From Candidatus Bathyarchaeota archaeon (GTDB lineage: Archaea; Thermoproteota; Bathyarchaeia; 40CM-2-53-6; CAVXDP01), in NCBI GenBank assembly GCA_963760485.1, contig CAVXDP010000015.1:137389-201388 (forward strand): a stretch of DNA of 64,000 nucleotides. Direction: 5' to 3'. The translations under genes were made by a program, and so were the position numbers. The notes under the pieces were generated by a model. The model was not told the DNA's origin and searched no databases. It worked only from the letters and a program-made list of their open reading frames with translations. Positions 10,215-19,929 of this stretch are shown here, piece after piece (the stretch's first letter is position 1; each line of letters starts with the position of its first letter).

Positions 10215-11072
10215 ATGACTTTCGCTGCAGCTAATGGGAAGGAAAAAGTAATGAGTTTACCACCGTCGACATGGCAAGAGCATTGGTTCGAACATAATCA
10301 ACTAGTGAAACTCAAGTACTATGACGATTTTGTTGCAGTGTACTTCGATGACGACATGAGAGAAGCAGAGTCTTCTTGGCTCTATCAATACATGAGCACT
10401 CTTGCACAATATACAAAGTCACACTATGGCGATATTCGTTCGGATAGACTATACGCCATCTTCCACAAGGGGAAATACGGAGGAGGTCACCCCTCATACT
10501 ACTACGATGGAAGCCATGACTTCAGAAATGTGATTGATTGCGGGTCTGATAATTGGCAGGCTCCATCTACTTCTAGTCCATCTTGGCAATTTGATGGTCC
10601 TTCTCATGAAGTGGCTCACATAATCGAGTCTACGGTACACGGAAAACACAACTCTCCATGTTTTGGTCTATGGAATGATAGCAAGTGGGCAGAATTCTTC
10701 CAATATGGCTTCTACAAAGACATCGGTATGACGACATATGCTCAGACTAAATACAACGAATTCATGTCAAAATCTGATGATTATCCTCGGCCGGGCACTC
10801 AATGGTTCAGAAAGTGGTTTTCAATCCTCTATTCTACTTATGGAGGATCCAAGTGCATGAGAGAGTTCTATCATATGATAGATCAGTATTGGCCATATCA
10901 AAACAAGTCGATGAATTGGGGAGAGTTAATTCATTTCATGAGCGCAGCTGTTGGAACTGATCTAAAGTTTCCAGCTGAAGCTGCATTTGGCTGGTCTAGT
11001 GAATGGGAAGATCAATACCAACAAGCCATGCTCGTCTACAAATTTACTACTACGCCTGACGGCTCAACGTGA
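10215..11072 (+). CDS. HExxH-motif protein, a putative zinc metallopeptidase with no signal peptide; first cargo gene of the island
   Basis: The 285-aa ORF contains SHEVAHIIESTVHGKH (HExxH). After the stop at 11070, a second frame stays open to a TAA embedded in repeat A (11237-11239), so the true 3' end is uncertain. Confidence 0.45.
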   Translation: MTFAAANGKEKVMSLPPSTWQEHWFEHNQLVKLKYYDDFVAVYFDDDMREAESSWLYQYMSTLAQYTKSHYGDIRSDRLYAIFHKGKYGGGHPSYYYDGSHDFRNVIDCGSDNWQAPSTSSPSWQFDGPSHEVAHIIESTVHGKHNSPCFGLWNDSKWAEFFQYGFYKDIGMTTYAQTKYNEFMSKSDDYPRPGTQWFRKWFSILYSTYGGSKCMREFYHMIDQYWPYQNKSMNWGELIHFMSAAVGTDLKFPAEAAFGWSSEWEDQYQQAMLVYKFTTTPDGST

Positions 11073-11216
11073 CTGGGCCTTATCATCATGATGATGGGGT
11101 TCGGCTTACCGCTATTCCTGCTCTCGCTGAATGGTCTGATGCCTTAACGGGTAAGAACGCCGAAAAATTCTACAAATTCCAGAGTATACCAGTACTCATC
11201 CACTGTCTCCATATGG

Positions 11217-11259
11217 AGAGAACAGTTTAACCCCGACGATAACGTGGGACAAGATCCCA
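11217..11259 (+). repeat. Island repeat copy A: conserved box GAGAACAGTTTAACCCCGACGATAACG plus hairpin TGGGA-CAAGA-TCCCA
   Basis: Direct sequence reading: a 5-bp perfect stem immediately after the conserved box. Confidence 0.8.
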
Positions 11260-11337
11260 GTCGAGGCGCTATTTCGGCTTTTGACCTGTATTGCCATGTT
11301 CTTTTGGTCGCGGTACGAAGGTATTCCTTAGATCTGT

Positions 11338-11445
11338 CTAATATGAGTCTCGCATGTCTGATTTCCTCAGCCTGATGTTGCAGAAGGGGCATATTGGCTG
11401 GTAATCAGAGAACTGAGTCTTACATCGATCGCAATACCAACCCAT
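11338..11445 (-). CDS. Mini-ORF (35 aa) with CxxC...CxxC zinc-ribbon spacing (MGWYCDRCKTQFSDYQPICPFCNIRLRK...)
   Basis: Hand-translated; it lies 41 nt downstream of the RHH ORF on the same strand. It is below the ORF-track size cutoff. Weak. Confidence 0.2.
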   Translation of the reverse strand: MGWYCDRCKTQFSDYQPICPFCNIRLRKSDMRDSY

Positions 11446-11486
11446 TAGATGACCCTTCCACTGGATTGAAACAAGTGCGCATGCAT

Positions 11487-11630
11487 CTATTTTTCCTTGG
11501 CAACCCACGTTTTTACGGATTCTTCGACAGCTCTAGATAGGTCGCCCTTTTTCCCACCAAATCTCTCAATAGTCTTAAACCTTAACTTCTTTTCCAGCTC
11601 ATCAGAGAGTTCCACACTGATTCGACCCAT
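11487..11630 (-). CDS. Ribbon-helix-helix (CopG/Arc/MetJ-like) small protein, 47 aa
   Basis: Hand-translated: MGRISVELSDELEKKLRFKTIERFGGKKGDLSRAVEESVKTWVAKEK. The ISVxLxDEL N-terminal beta-strand and following helices are typical of RHH antitoxins/regulators. It is below the ORF-track size cutoff. Confidence 0.4.
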   Translation of the reverse strand: MGRISVELSDELEKKLRFKTIERFGGKKGDLSRAVEESVKTWVAKEK

Positions 11631-12310
11631 TCCAATCACCAACATCAATCTTTATGCAGGATTTGCAGACGTCAGGCGTTCTTCCAGTAAGCAAAATCGT
11701 GGATGCCCGCTGTTGCTTTTCTTGTTATCATTTTCATTCACCCAACGTTTGCTTACCCACCTATCCATATATGTGCTTACCAGCCTATAAGGATATTGGT
11801 TTAATGGTCATCGGGGTTAAACTACAGTTCCTCAACTCACGAGTGTGCAATATACGGCGCCTAAGAGATCTAATGCGATTCGCTAGGGCCTGTTGTTTTC
11901 TGCTCTCTTTCTTTCTCTCATCTTCTATCTATCAGGATCGTAAGGGTGCTTCGGGCTGGTTTCCAAAATAATAATCTGGATTAGAAGGAATAGGTATTGT
12001 ACAAGCGGGTTATAGAAATATCATAGAAGGTGGAAGACGTGAAACATCGAAAGCATGAGAAAGCTCAATCCTACGACAGAATGGGTTACCTCGTATTATT
12101 CAAGGATGGAACAATTCTACCACTTGTGGACAAACCCAACGCCAAAGAAATCGAGCAAATCTTCTGTTAGACTAGAGTCACCATTATTCTGCTAACCCGT
12201 TTGTATGTAAGTCCGGGCCGGCCGAGACAACAACAGATTGTCTGTGAATCCTCTTCTTCAATGTAACATGAGATCTGTAATGTGAGGGACGGCAAGATTA
12301 TATTGGGAAG

Positions 12311-12760
12311 GTGCAAGCGTGCTTTTCCAAGGTATGCATCTTGGCTAAGGAACCAATCTATAAAAGAACGCTTTTGGACCTGGCAGCCGCTTTCTTTCTG
12401 ATAGGCGGAGTCGTCGCCCTAGCTAGTACAATCGTTATGATTCCTATCGCTACAGTCTATCCATTCACACTGAGAGCAGTGACTTTCGTTACACTGGTCG
12501 TACTGGTTGTAGGCATTATTTGTGCCGTGGAAGCTCTGGAATGCTACAGCTTTGCGTCCAAGAGACTACTGCTAAAGGCTGGGATGAGGGGTATAATCGT
12601 TGGAGCAATCCTCCTCAGTCTAAGCGTAGGCCTGATAGGAATACAAGATGTCAGAACCCAGCTGGTGGCCGGAAGCGCGATTCTGATGATAATAGGCGGA
12701 GTGATATGCTATATCTACAGGGAGCCAACGATTGACTTCCACGCTAAAAAGGAGAAGTAG
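12311..12760 (+). CDS. Integral membrane protein (about 4 TM helices), hypothetical
   Basis: The 149-aa ORF is strongly hydrophobic; the start codon is uncertain (GTG at 12311). Confidence 0.35.
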   Translation: MQACFSKVCILAKEPIYKRTLLDLAAAFFLIGGVVALASTIVMIPIATVYPFTLRAVTFVTLVVLVVGIICAVEALECYSFASKRLLLKAGMRGIIVGAILLSLSVGLIGIQDVRTQLVAGSAILMIIGGVICYIYREPTIDFHAKKEK

Positions 12761-12791
12761 AAAAGCATTCTCTGAAACGCTAGGACAACCA

Positions 12792-13511
12792 ATGGCGATT
12801 ATATCTATGAAAAACAAACGCGGGATACTGTCTTTATGTATAATTATTTTGTTCATTTTGGGATCGCTAAACCTCAGTCTCATAGTTGCAGCCGTGTCCA
12901 GTGGCGAATGTTACACAACCAAACGAACTTACCAGTATGGTGAGAATGTGATTGTCAATATCGCCACGTCAACGGGGATCAACAATACCAGAGTGTTGAT
13001 CTATCTCCCAAACGAAGAGGTTAACACCTTTACTATCGGCAGACTTGGCACTGGCGCATGGCAGTTTTCAATAGGTCCCGCGGGGTCTCCAATTGGCCAA
13101 AGGATGGTAGTGTTGTTGGACGGTTCAACAACTCTTTCAACAACCTACTATACGGTTGTTCAATCCTCTTCAACAACTACCATAACCGTTGCTACGGCAA
13201 CAAGAACATTGACGGGAACCGTTACGCAAACCTACACAGTCACCCGATTCACAACAACTTTTCAAACAACAACCGAATATCAGACATCAACAGTATCCAG
13301 AACTAAGACCGAATCCTCTACGGTGACGATGCAGACCACGACGGTCACAACCCAGTATCAGACGCTATCCACGTCCAGTACCGTTACGCAGATGTACACG
13401 ATCATTTTGCCAATACTGGGTCCAATGACTCTTGTTTACACATTGTTAGCAGTGATAGTCCTTCTCATCTTTGCCATAGTATTTGTAGCTTCGAAAATGG
13501 CCAAAAAATAG
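12792..13511 (+). CDS. Secreted/surface protein with signal peptide, Thr-rich stalk and C-terminal TM anchor
   Basis: The product starts MAIISMKNKRGILSLCIIILFILGSLNLSLIVAA (signal-like). It has a long T/V/Q-rich low-complexity tract (TVTQTYTVTRFTTTFQTTTEYQTSTVS...) and a C-terminal hydrophobic helix with a KK tail. Confidence 0.5.
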   Translation: MAIISMKNKRGILSLCIIILFILGSLNLSLIVAAVSSGECYTTKRTYQYGENVIVNIATSTGINNTRVLIYLPNEEVNTFTIGRLGTGAWQFSIGPAGSPIGQRMVVLLDGSTTLSTTYYTVVQSSSTTTITVATATRTLTGTVTQTYTVTRFTTTFQTTTEYQTSTVSRTKTESSTVTMQTTTVTTQYQTLSTSSTVTQMYTIILPILGPMTLVYTLLAVIVLLIFAIVFVASKMAKK

Positions 13512-13900
13512 TTGCTCATAGAGATGGCATCTTCGGATTCGCTAAGGTGTTGGGTCGTGAGAAGAGAATAGTTCTACTTTGTTTTTCTCGGTTGGCAAGC
13601 AAACTGGCGAGTGCAAGATACTCTCTGTCAGTATCGCTTACCAGTCTTCTTCACTGGGTTGTTCGTCCTCTTCTTCCACGTCTTTTTCTTCGTCCATTCT
13701 GATTATCACCGAAACGAGCGACCATCCCTTCTAGCTAATAATACTTATGATTACTAAGCATGGGCTTTTTCCGGGTGAACAAACTTTCAACAAGAGTAGC
13801 ACGTTTTCTAGGACACCAATTCGATGAGAGAAAACAAATCGCTGAAAGAATGGCTGAGTTCTATGATAAGCGAAGTGCAGTGGTACACGGTGAGAATGTT

Positions 13901-13944
13901 GAAAAGCAGTTTAACCCCGACGTTATCGTTGGTTAAGATCCCAA
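13901..13944 (+). repeat. Island repeat copy B: GAAAAGCAGTTTAACCCCGACGTTATCG plus hairpin TTGG-TTAAGATC-CCAA
   Basis: Direct reading. The stem sequence differs from copy A but pairing is retained. Confidence 0.75.
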
Positions 13945-14045
13945 TCCTCTTGGGTAACGTTTTGCCAGGTTGGTTTCGGTTAGCATCAGACGATCTCTCA
14001 CTCAACAGAGCAAACTCAATTGTAGCCAGCATCGAATTGAGTTGG

Positions 14046-14066
14046 TTTATCCCCGACGATATATCC
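14046..14066 (+). repeat. Island repeat partial copy B': TTTATCCCCGACGATATATCC
   Basis: Direct reading. It shares the CCCCGACGATA core, lies about 100 bp after copy B, and is preceded by the 7-bp inverted repeat CTCAATT...AATTGAG. Confidence 0.5.
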
Positions 14067-14134
14067 GATTAAAGAGATCTAATCATTTGATATGATCCTG
14101 ACGCAGCTCTTAAGTTAGGGACAACGAAACCAAT

Positions 14135-14608
14135 GTGTGGCGAATATGTTTGGTCAAAGAGGGAGATAAGGCTCCGGACTTCACTTTGCAGGCAGATGAT
14201 GGACGTGAAGTGTCACTCAAAGATTATCAAGGTAAGAAAGTAGTTCTCTATTTCTATCCAAAAGATGACACTCCTGGTTGTACTCGTGAAGCTGCTGAGT
14301 TTAGGGACACAATAAAAGAGTTGGAGAACGAGAACGCTGTAATAGTCGGCGTGAGCAAAGACAGTGTTGAATCCCATAAGAAATTCAAGGAAAAGTATGG
14401 GCTACCTTTTACATTGCTTAGCGATCCTGAAGCCAAAGTCTTAAGACTCTATGAGGTTTGGAAAAAGAAAAGCCTCTATGGTCGCGAGATGATGGGTACA
14501 GAGCGAACCACCTTCCTGATAGATGAGAAGGGGATAGTCAAGAAAGTATATCGGAAGGTGAAGGTTGAAGGACACGCAAAAGCCTGTCTGATGGACTTGA
14601 AGTCTTGA
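14135..14608 (+). CDS. bcp: Peroxiredoxin, Bcp/PrxQ-type thiol peroxidase
   Basis: It has KAPDFTL, YFYPKDDTPGCTREA (peroxidatic Cys) and the AhpC/TSA fold. The true start is probably TTG at 14150 (MVKEGDKAPDF). Confidence 0.8.
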   Translation: MWRICLVKEGDKAPDFTLQADDGREVSLKDYQGKKVVLYFYPKDDTPGCTREAAEFRDTIKELENENAVIVGVSKDSVESHKKFKEKYGLPFTLLSDPEAKVLRLYEVWKKKSLYGREMMGTERTTFLIDEKGIVKKVYRKVKVEGHAKACLMDLKS

Positions 14609-14723
14609 TGCGTAGAGCGCCTAACTTGTCGTAGGTTTCCATCTTCTTCTTCGACTATATGCCCATTCAATCTGATCCGGTGCAGTCCAGAAGCATATAC
14701 CTGCGCAATCACAGCATGTATAC

Positions 14724-15044
14724 TCAGCGAAACCAATGTTGAAGTTCGATGACATTGCCCTCGGGGTCAGTAACGTAGACGATTCTAGCCTTACCTGCAC
14801 CATCGATCTCCGTGGTAACGATTTTTCCAACATCGCTGCCACCTGCTGCAATCACTGCATCATGTGCTTGGTCCACATCATCTACTGCAAACGCAATGTG
14901 GCCAAAACCGGGGCGATTGACAGCGGTTCCAGGCTTTTCGGTCTCAACATCGTACTGAAAAATCTCGATCGTTGGACCAGTGTTACCGTAACCCGGCGCA
15001 CGCAAGTGTGCGCCACGAATATGAGCAGATCTTATGCTTGTCAC
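14724..15044 (-). CDS. Glyoxalase/bleomycin-resistance (VOC) family protein
   Basis: The 106-aa product has HIAFAVDDVDQAHDAVIAAGG ... DPEGNVIELQ, typical of the VOC superfamily. Confidence 0.7.
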   Translation of the reverse strand: MTSIRSAHIRGAHLRAPGYGNTGPTIEIFQYDVETEKPGTAVNRPGFGHIAFAVDDVDQAHDAVIAAGGSDVGKIVTTEIDGAGKARIVYVTDPEGNVIELQHWFR

Positions 15045-15284
15045 GTCATCCAGCCACTGACCTGAGAGATCACGCTCAGGCGGAACTAGTGCGCAGCCAA
15101 AGACCTCAATGTAAAACTTGGCAAGACGTTTCCAATCTTGCGCAACGATGTTCGTGTGAACAAATCTAGCATTTGAAACAGTTCCCGTTTTCTACTCCTC
15201 CTCAACCACTACCATATGGACTGAACTGGGATCTAGACGATGTTCATGTATTACTCCTGTACACGATTGAAAACGTTTTGTCCC

Positions 15285-15321
15285 GAAAAACAGTTTAACC
15301 CAGACGATAACGTGAGATAGG
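15285..15321 (+). repeat. Island repeat copy C: GAAAAACAGTTTAACCCAGACGATAACGTGAGATAGG, with a degenerate hairpin
   Basis: Direct reading. The box has C to A at one position and the downstream hairpin is lost. Confidence 0.65.
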
Positions 15322-15431
15322 TGCAGGAACCAGTTGGTATCAGTTGGCGGGTAATGCTTACGCGCCATTCGGAGCCGTCTTAACAGAAAGCACAGGTGAC
15401 TTGATATTCGGAATCAACTTCACCCAGTTGA

Positions 15432-18400
15432 ACCCCCAAGCAACGGATCAGTACTTTATACTATGGTCTAACGATTTATCTGCCACCGGAATTCAAGCCG
15501 CCAGTGGACTGGGCAACGGCTGACACTTCGAATATTATTACGACCATTACAAACGATTACAGCGTCATCTACGTTTGGAAGGCCGATGTGAAAGATCCCT
15601 TCGGACCGGGCTGGTGGGTTATCTACATACGTGCCCCCGGCGGTGGAGAATCCTCACACTCCATTATGATTTTCTCGCATGATAACGGATACAAGGAATG
15701 GTACTATGTTCGTGTGAACGGTATGACTGCGCCTAAGATTGCTGGTCGATACTTTTTCAAAATGTTCCTTGGCGAAAGCTATCCAATCATGAATGCGGTT
15801 AATCGTGACGGTTCCACCGTGAACCCGGACAGATTGCCGGTGCTGAACACGATGCCTGCGGAGAACTGGCCTGTAATGCTTGTGAAAGGTGAAGTTGATC
15901 CAGGCATTATTGAAGGGACAATTCGCTACGGTGCATGGAACCAAGCATTATACAATAAACCAATTCAACTTCCAGGCCGAGTTCGTGCGGTTGGAGTTGC
16001 AGATGACCCCTATACTGGTGCTAGTACAGGTCGTGCAGTTGAAGCTCGTGGATACTTTAACGCCTCAGCGAAAGGTCACTATGAGGTTGAAGGTGTAGCT
16101 CCAGGGGTCTATGACATTTATGCGAGTGCAGCTGGATACCCGGAAATGAAAGTTGCAAGCGGTGTAAAGATTATTGCAGGTAAAAGTTTCCACATGGATT
16201 TTCTATTGCAACCAGGTCCAATCATTACAGGTGTAATCTATAGCAAACACAGCTTCGGAGAAGTTAGCATGGTCGAGTACACGTCCAGTAACAGTAGAAA
16301 TCTATGACAGCAACGAATGGCCAGTAGCGAAACCAGGTTATGGCTGGGATTCTGCTGGAAATATCATTTGAACAGGGAACAGGCGAAGTATGGACTGATA
16401 TGGGTTACAAAGTTGTTAATGCACACCTGAAGAGTTTCTCACCAATCAATTTGACCCAAGCACCATTCACAAGTTATGTAGACTGGAAACGTAATCTATG
16501 ATCCAGCTAAAGGCTACGCTGATCTTCTGCACCCTGGCACTGTTTCGTTTTCTAGTCTAAGGGAATGTTCCTGGTGGACAACCTAAGCTAGTTGCATTTC
16601 CATGGGAGGGTCCCAAGAATCCATCGAGTTGCTTTACCATCAAGTTTCCTGGGGTCATGAATGAGTACTCTGATATTCCAGATGATCTAACGTCTCAGAA
16701 AGATAATTATGGCTTGTTCAATGGGGTTGGTCCAGCGCAGTACTGGTGGGTTGACAAACTAGGCCAATGGACGAATGGTGGCGGATCAAATAGTTTCCGT
16801 TATCAATTTGGAATCAAAGGATACTACGGTGCACCAATGGAATTCGACGGTCACATGCCACAAGTCTGTGCAAGCTGGGTTAACGGGTTGACCGCAGGCA
16901 CATACTACCTCCGTTCATGGATCAATGGCTACGTCCAAACTGATGTTAGCGGCACATACGTAGATTATCCATTCAGTGTCGCGGCACAGGAATGGGCTGG
17001 TGACATTAACACTCCAATGGACCTTGAAACGTCAAGCTGGATCAACAAGACTGTACACTTCCACGATTTGCCAGGCACCTTGCAGACAAGTCCGATTCGC
17101 GGACCAGATCCCTACAGGTACATGATCGCTGAAGCATACGACGCAGACAATGTGCTTGTTGCAATGAACTTTACACAGGTTCCAGTGAAAGACCGATACG
17201 GCAATCTAGTGAGTGACTGGAACATTACATTGAACGGATTCGGAATGGCAGGGCCGGTCTACATTATTCCGTCTGATTTATGGGTTGACTGAAGTGATTC
17301 TCGATGGTATTCCACCGGGCATGAAGTTCTTCCTGTACAGGTATAGGCATATCCGTGATTATGGCATGATGCCAGGCACTTACACGATCCGCGTCTACAT
17401 GAGAGGCTATGTGCAACAAGAATTTGAGATGGCTTCAATTAGTTTGAGCCAAAGTCCAGCGATAATCAGCAACCACATGTATCGTGGAGCAGGAATCAAC
17501 ATGACTATCTACTCAATTGACTGGGAGCATCCACGCGTCGACAGGCCATGGAACTTTCCATGGCGATGACATAAGAGTTCACGTGTTCAATGAGGCAGGA
17601 GACGACATGGGCCTACGTCAGATGGTGGGATGGGACGACAGGCCAACTATAGATACTTGGGTTGTGCCCAACACAGACTCAGCGGTAGCACAGTAGTTCC
17701 AAGCAAGGATTGGCCTGCACCAGCCCGGCTAGTAAGCTCAAGTTCAACGGTTCAACAGTTCTAGAAGTTTATGGACCGGACACGGGTGGTGGCTGGTTCC
17801 CATTCCGCTCTTAACTTTACACTTCCAATCTTAACGGCCCTGGCAGTACAGATGCGGGGACTGGTATATGGCTTGAATTCGGTTATTATAGAAGCGGGTT
17901 CTTGACAAGTCCAAACCTGTACAGAACTGCTGATCTGAAGACAAGGGTTGCCTTAGAAACTGGTACATACGACGCTTAAGGCGTGGACGCTTGGTTACGT
18001 CCAGAAGAAGGATATCACAGTCTACGCGCAGAAAGGATCACAGGCAGATACCAAGCTCAACCTAGTCATAGGCGTGAACATGACGGTTAACATCAAATTC
18101 AAGAAGGAAGGCATCTTCACACACGTACCATTTGACCAATCCTTTAGGATAAGAGTCTTCGACGATAACAATGGGCTAGTTGCCACATGGTACACCAGCT
18201 ATCTTCGATGATAGTACCTTCTACCATGGCGTGCTTCCACGATGCGGTCAACAGAGCCTACGGTGGATTCATGGAAAGGGGACCAGTGACATAATTCTGA
18301 GCGACGAATGAAGACTTTGGTCAGAGACAGCACCACCGACCTACAGGTTGTACTGGCTGGAAACTACTACTACTTCGAAATCAACAGCTATGGCTATGTT

Positions 18401-19062
18401 CCATTTGAAGAAAGAAACTATGCTCTATCCAGGGCTAATGGAATCGATGGGTGGCCGAATTATCAGGGTACTTGGCGCATCGAGGTTGATGCAGTCAACC
18501 TGGTACTATAGCGACAAGTGGTTCCCAGCTCCTCCAGGCCTGCTACTTGGTGAAAGCTACCACATAATCAACGGCGTCGAAGGACCGTACAACGGCATGT
18601 GGAAGTATAACCATCTTGGCCCATGGGAACAGAAGATGGTTGTTACAGTGCCAAATGCTCACTTGGGAGCTGAAGCAAGCGTCGTCTTCGAACTAGACCA
18701 ACGAGGCCTAGTCTCAGGACAAATCGCAGGATTCAGTTGGAGTGACGAACTCCGTCCAACAAGTTGGGCAACAATCACAGGCAGCTGGTGCAGGCGGGAC
18801 CTTCACAGTCTACTCGGCAGACGGATACTATGACATGTACCTTCCAGCAGGCAGCTACGAATTCAGCGTCATGGAAAGCCCAGGACACGCAGCAAAGAGC
18901 GCAAGCATAACCGTCAGTACAGGCCAACAAGTGACAGGATATAGCTTCTACTTAGAAAGAACCAACGTTCCAATTCCAGAATTCGGACCAGTCATAGCAC
19001 TAGTAGCAGCACTCGGAGCATCACTGTACGTGCTACGGAGAAACCGCAAAAAGGGCAACTAG
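15432..19062 (+). pseudogene. Giant surface protein (about 1200 aa if joined) with a PEF-CTERM-like C-terminal sorting tail. It is fragmented across at least six ORFs in three frames: 15504..16307, 16657..17292, 17285..17569, 18308..18511, 18348..18833 and 18742..19062
   Basis: Coding-like translation hops between frames, with stretches of 350 and 740 nt lacking any long ORF. The C-terminus is ...NVPIPEFGPVIALVAALGASLYVLRRNRKKGN (PEF, then TM helix, then basic tail). The disruption density is several-fold higher than in neighbouring genes. Genuine decay or mis-assembly of a hypervariable gene cannot be distinguished from sequence alone. Confidence 0.4.
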
Positions 19063-19191
19063 GCCCTTGCCTCTCTTTTTTCTTTCTTCAGCTCAAATTG
19101 GTTTCTGAAAAACATACTTTCTGAAGCGAAACTGGTTGTCTCTACGTTAAGATCGAGGAAAGTCTGACTTACCGGCCCGTATTGAAGCGCT

Positions 19192-19234
19192 GAGAACAGT
19201 TTAACCCCGACGATATCATGGGATAACATCCCAT
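19192..19234 (+). repeat. Island repeat copy D: GAGAACAGTTTAACCCCGACGATATC plus hairpin ATGGGA-TAAC-ATCCCAT
   Basis: Direct reading. It has a 6-bp perfect stem and lies about 130 bp after the PEF-CTERM gene end. Confidence 0.8.
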
Positions 19235-19929
19235 CGGCCCCCTCATCGCTAGGAATGATTCTAACAGGTAAGAGTGGCGATTTCAATCCTCTGAAACTAC
19301 CACACGATTACGTACCTCACCTGAATTTCCACTGCAGACGCGACAATTTCCTCTGCAGAAAAAGGCTCGTGATGGAGTATTAGCCTAGCTCCAAAGCCGC
19401 TGGGAGCGCCTTCAGACATAGCGTTCAGAGCAATTCCACCAGAAACAGAAAACGAAGCATGAACTGAAACTGGAAGTTCGATGCTTATCGTGCAATCCCC
19501 AATTCATTACTTTGCCTCTTTGATAATGTACTCTACAGCAGACAAGAAGCTATCTGCAACAGCTGTTGGTTCTACTTCCTTTTCTTGGAGTTCTGCAAGG
19601 TATTTGTTTCCGTGTCCAGTAAGAGGCTGTTTTGCACCCGGCATTCTTGCCCATAACAATGTCAGAAAGGTGATCGCCGATAGCTCATGACCCTACTGAT
19701 TCAATTCCGTACAGTGTAACTATTTTGTCGTTGCGTTTAGTGCTGGGGGGCGTTTGAGGCCGATAGATTTCTGACTGCTACTCGATACAGAGTTTTACGT
19801 AATGATACATAATTTTAGTTTAGAGCTAGGCGCCGAAGCCTTCTCGGCTTATATACAACAGAAACCTATACAATTTTTTAAACTAAACCTAACCATTAGT
19901 TGTCTTTGCTTTACTTCTGAGGGATCCAG

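Noticed and set aside
11144-11392. 82-aa minus-strand ORF overlapping repeat A
   Set aside because: It has no motif support, runs antisense across the conserved element, and is likely spurious.
13808-14072. ORFs 13824..14072 (+) and 13808..14032 (-) spanning repeat B
   Set aside because: Both read through the conserved box and hairpin with low-complexity products and are probably non-coding.
19150-19200. GAGGAAAGTC motif resembling the RNase P RNA P4 region
   Set aside because: The following sequence (TGACTTACCGGCCCG) does not continue the conserved RNase P P4 pseudoknot pattern, so this is probably chance.
11217-19234. Could the repeated box+hairpin elements be a CRISPR array?
   Set aside because: The spacing is 1.4-3.9 kb with protein-coding cargo between copies. 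The hairpin sequences differ, and there are no short uniform spacers. This is not CRISPR architecture.
11217-19234. A firm call of an integron (attC cassette array)
   Set aside because: The GTTTAAC core fits RYYYAAC, and the 3'-of-ORF, same-orientation arrangement is suggestive. However, no IntI-like tyrosine recombinase, attI or Pc promoter is visible in the window, and the cassettes hold more than one ORF. It is kept as a hypothesis only.
19481-19690. 69-aa + ORF, and a minus-strand 45-58-aa ORF, upstream of the nrdD-like gene
   Set aside because: There is no recognisable domain, the start codons are unclear, and the region may be the promoter of the nrdD-like gene.
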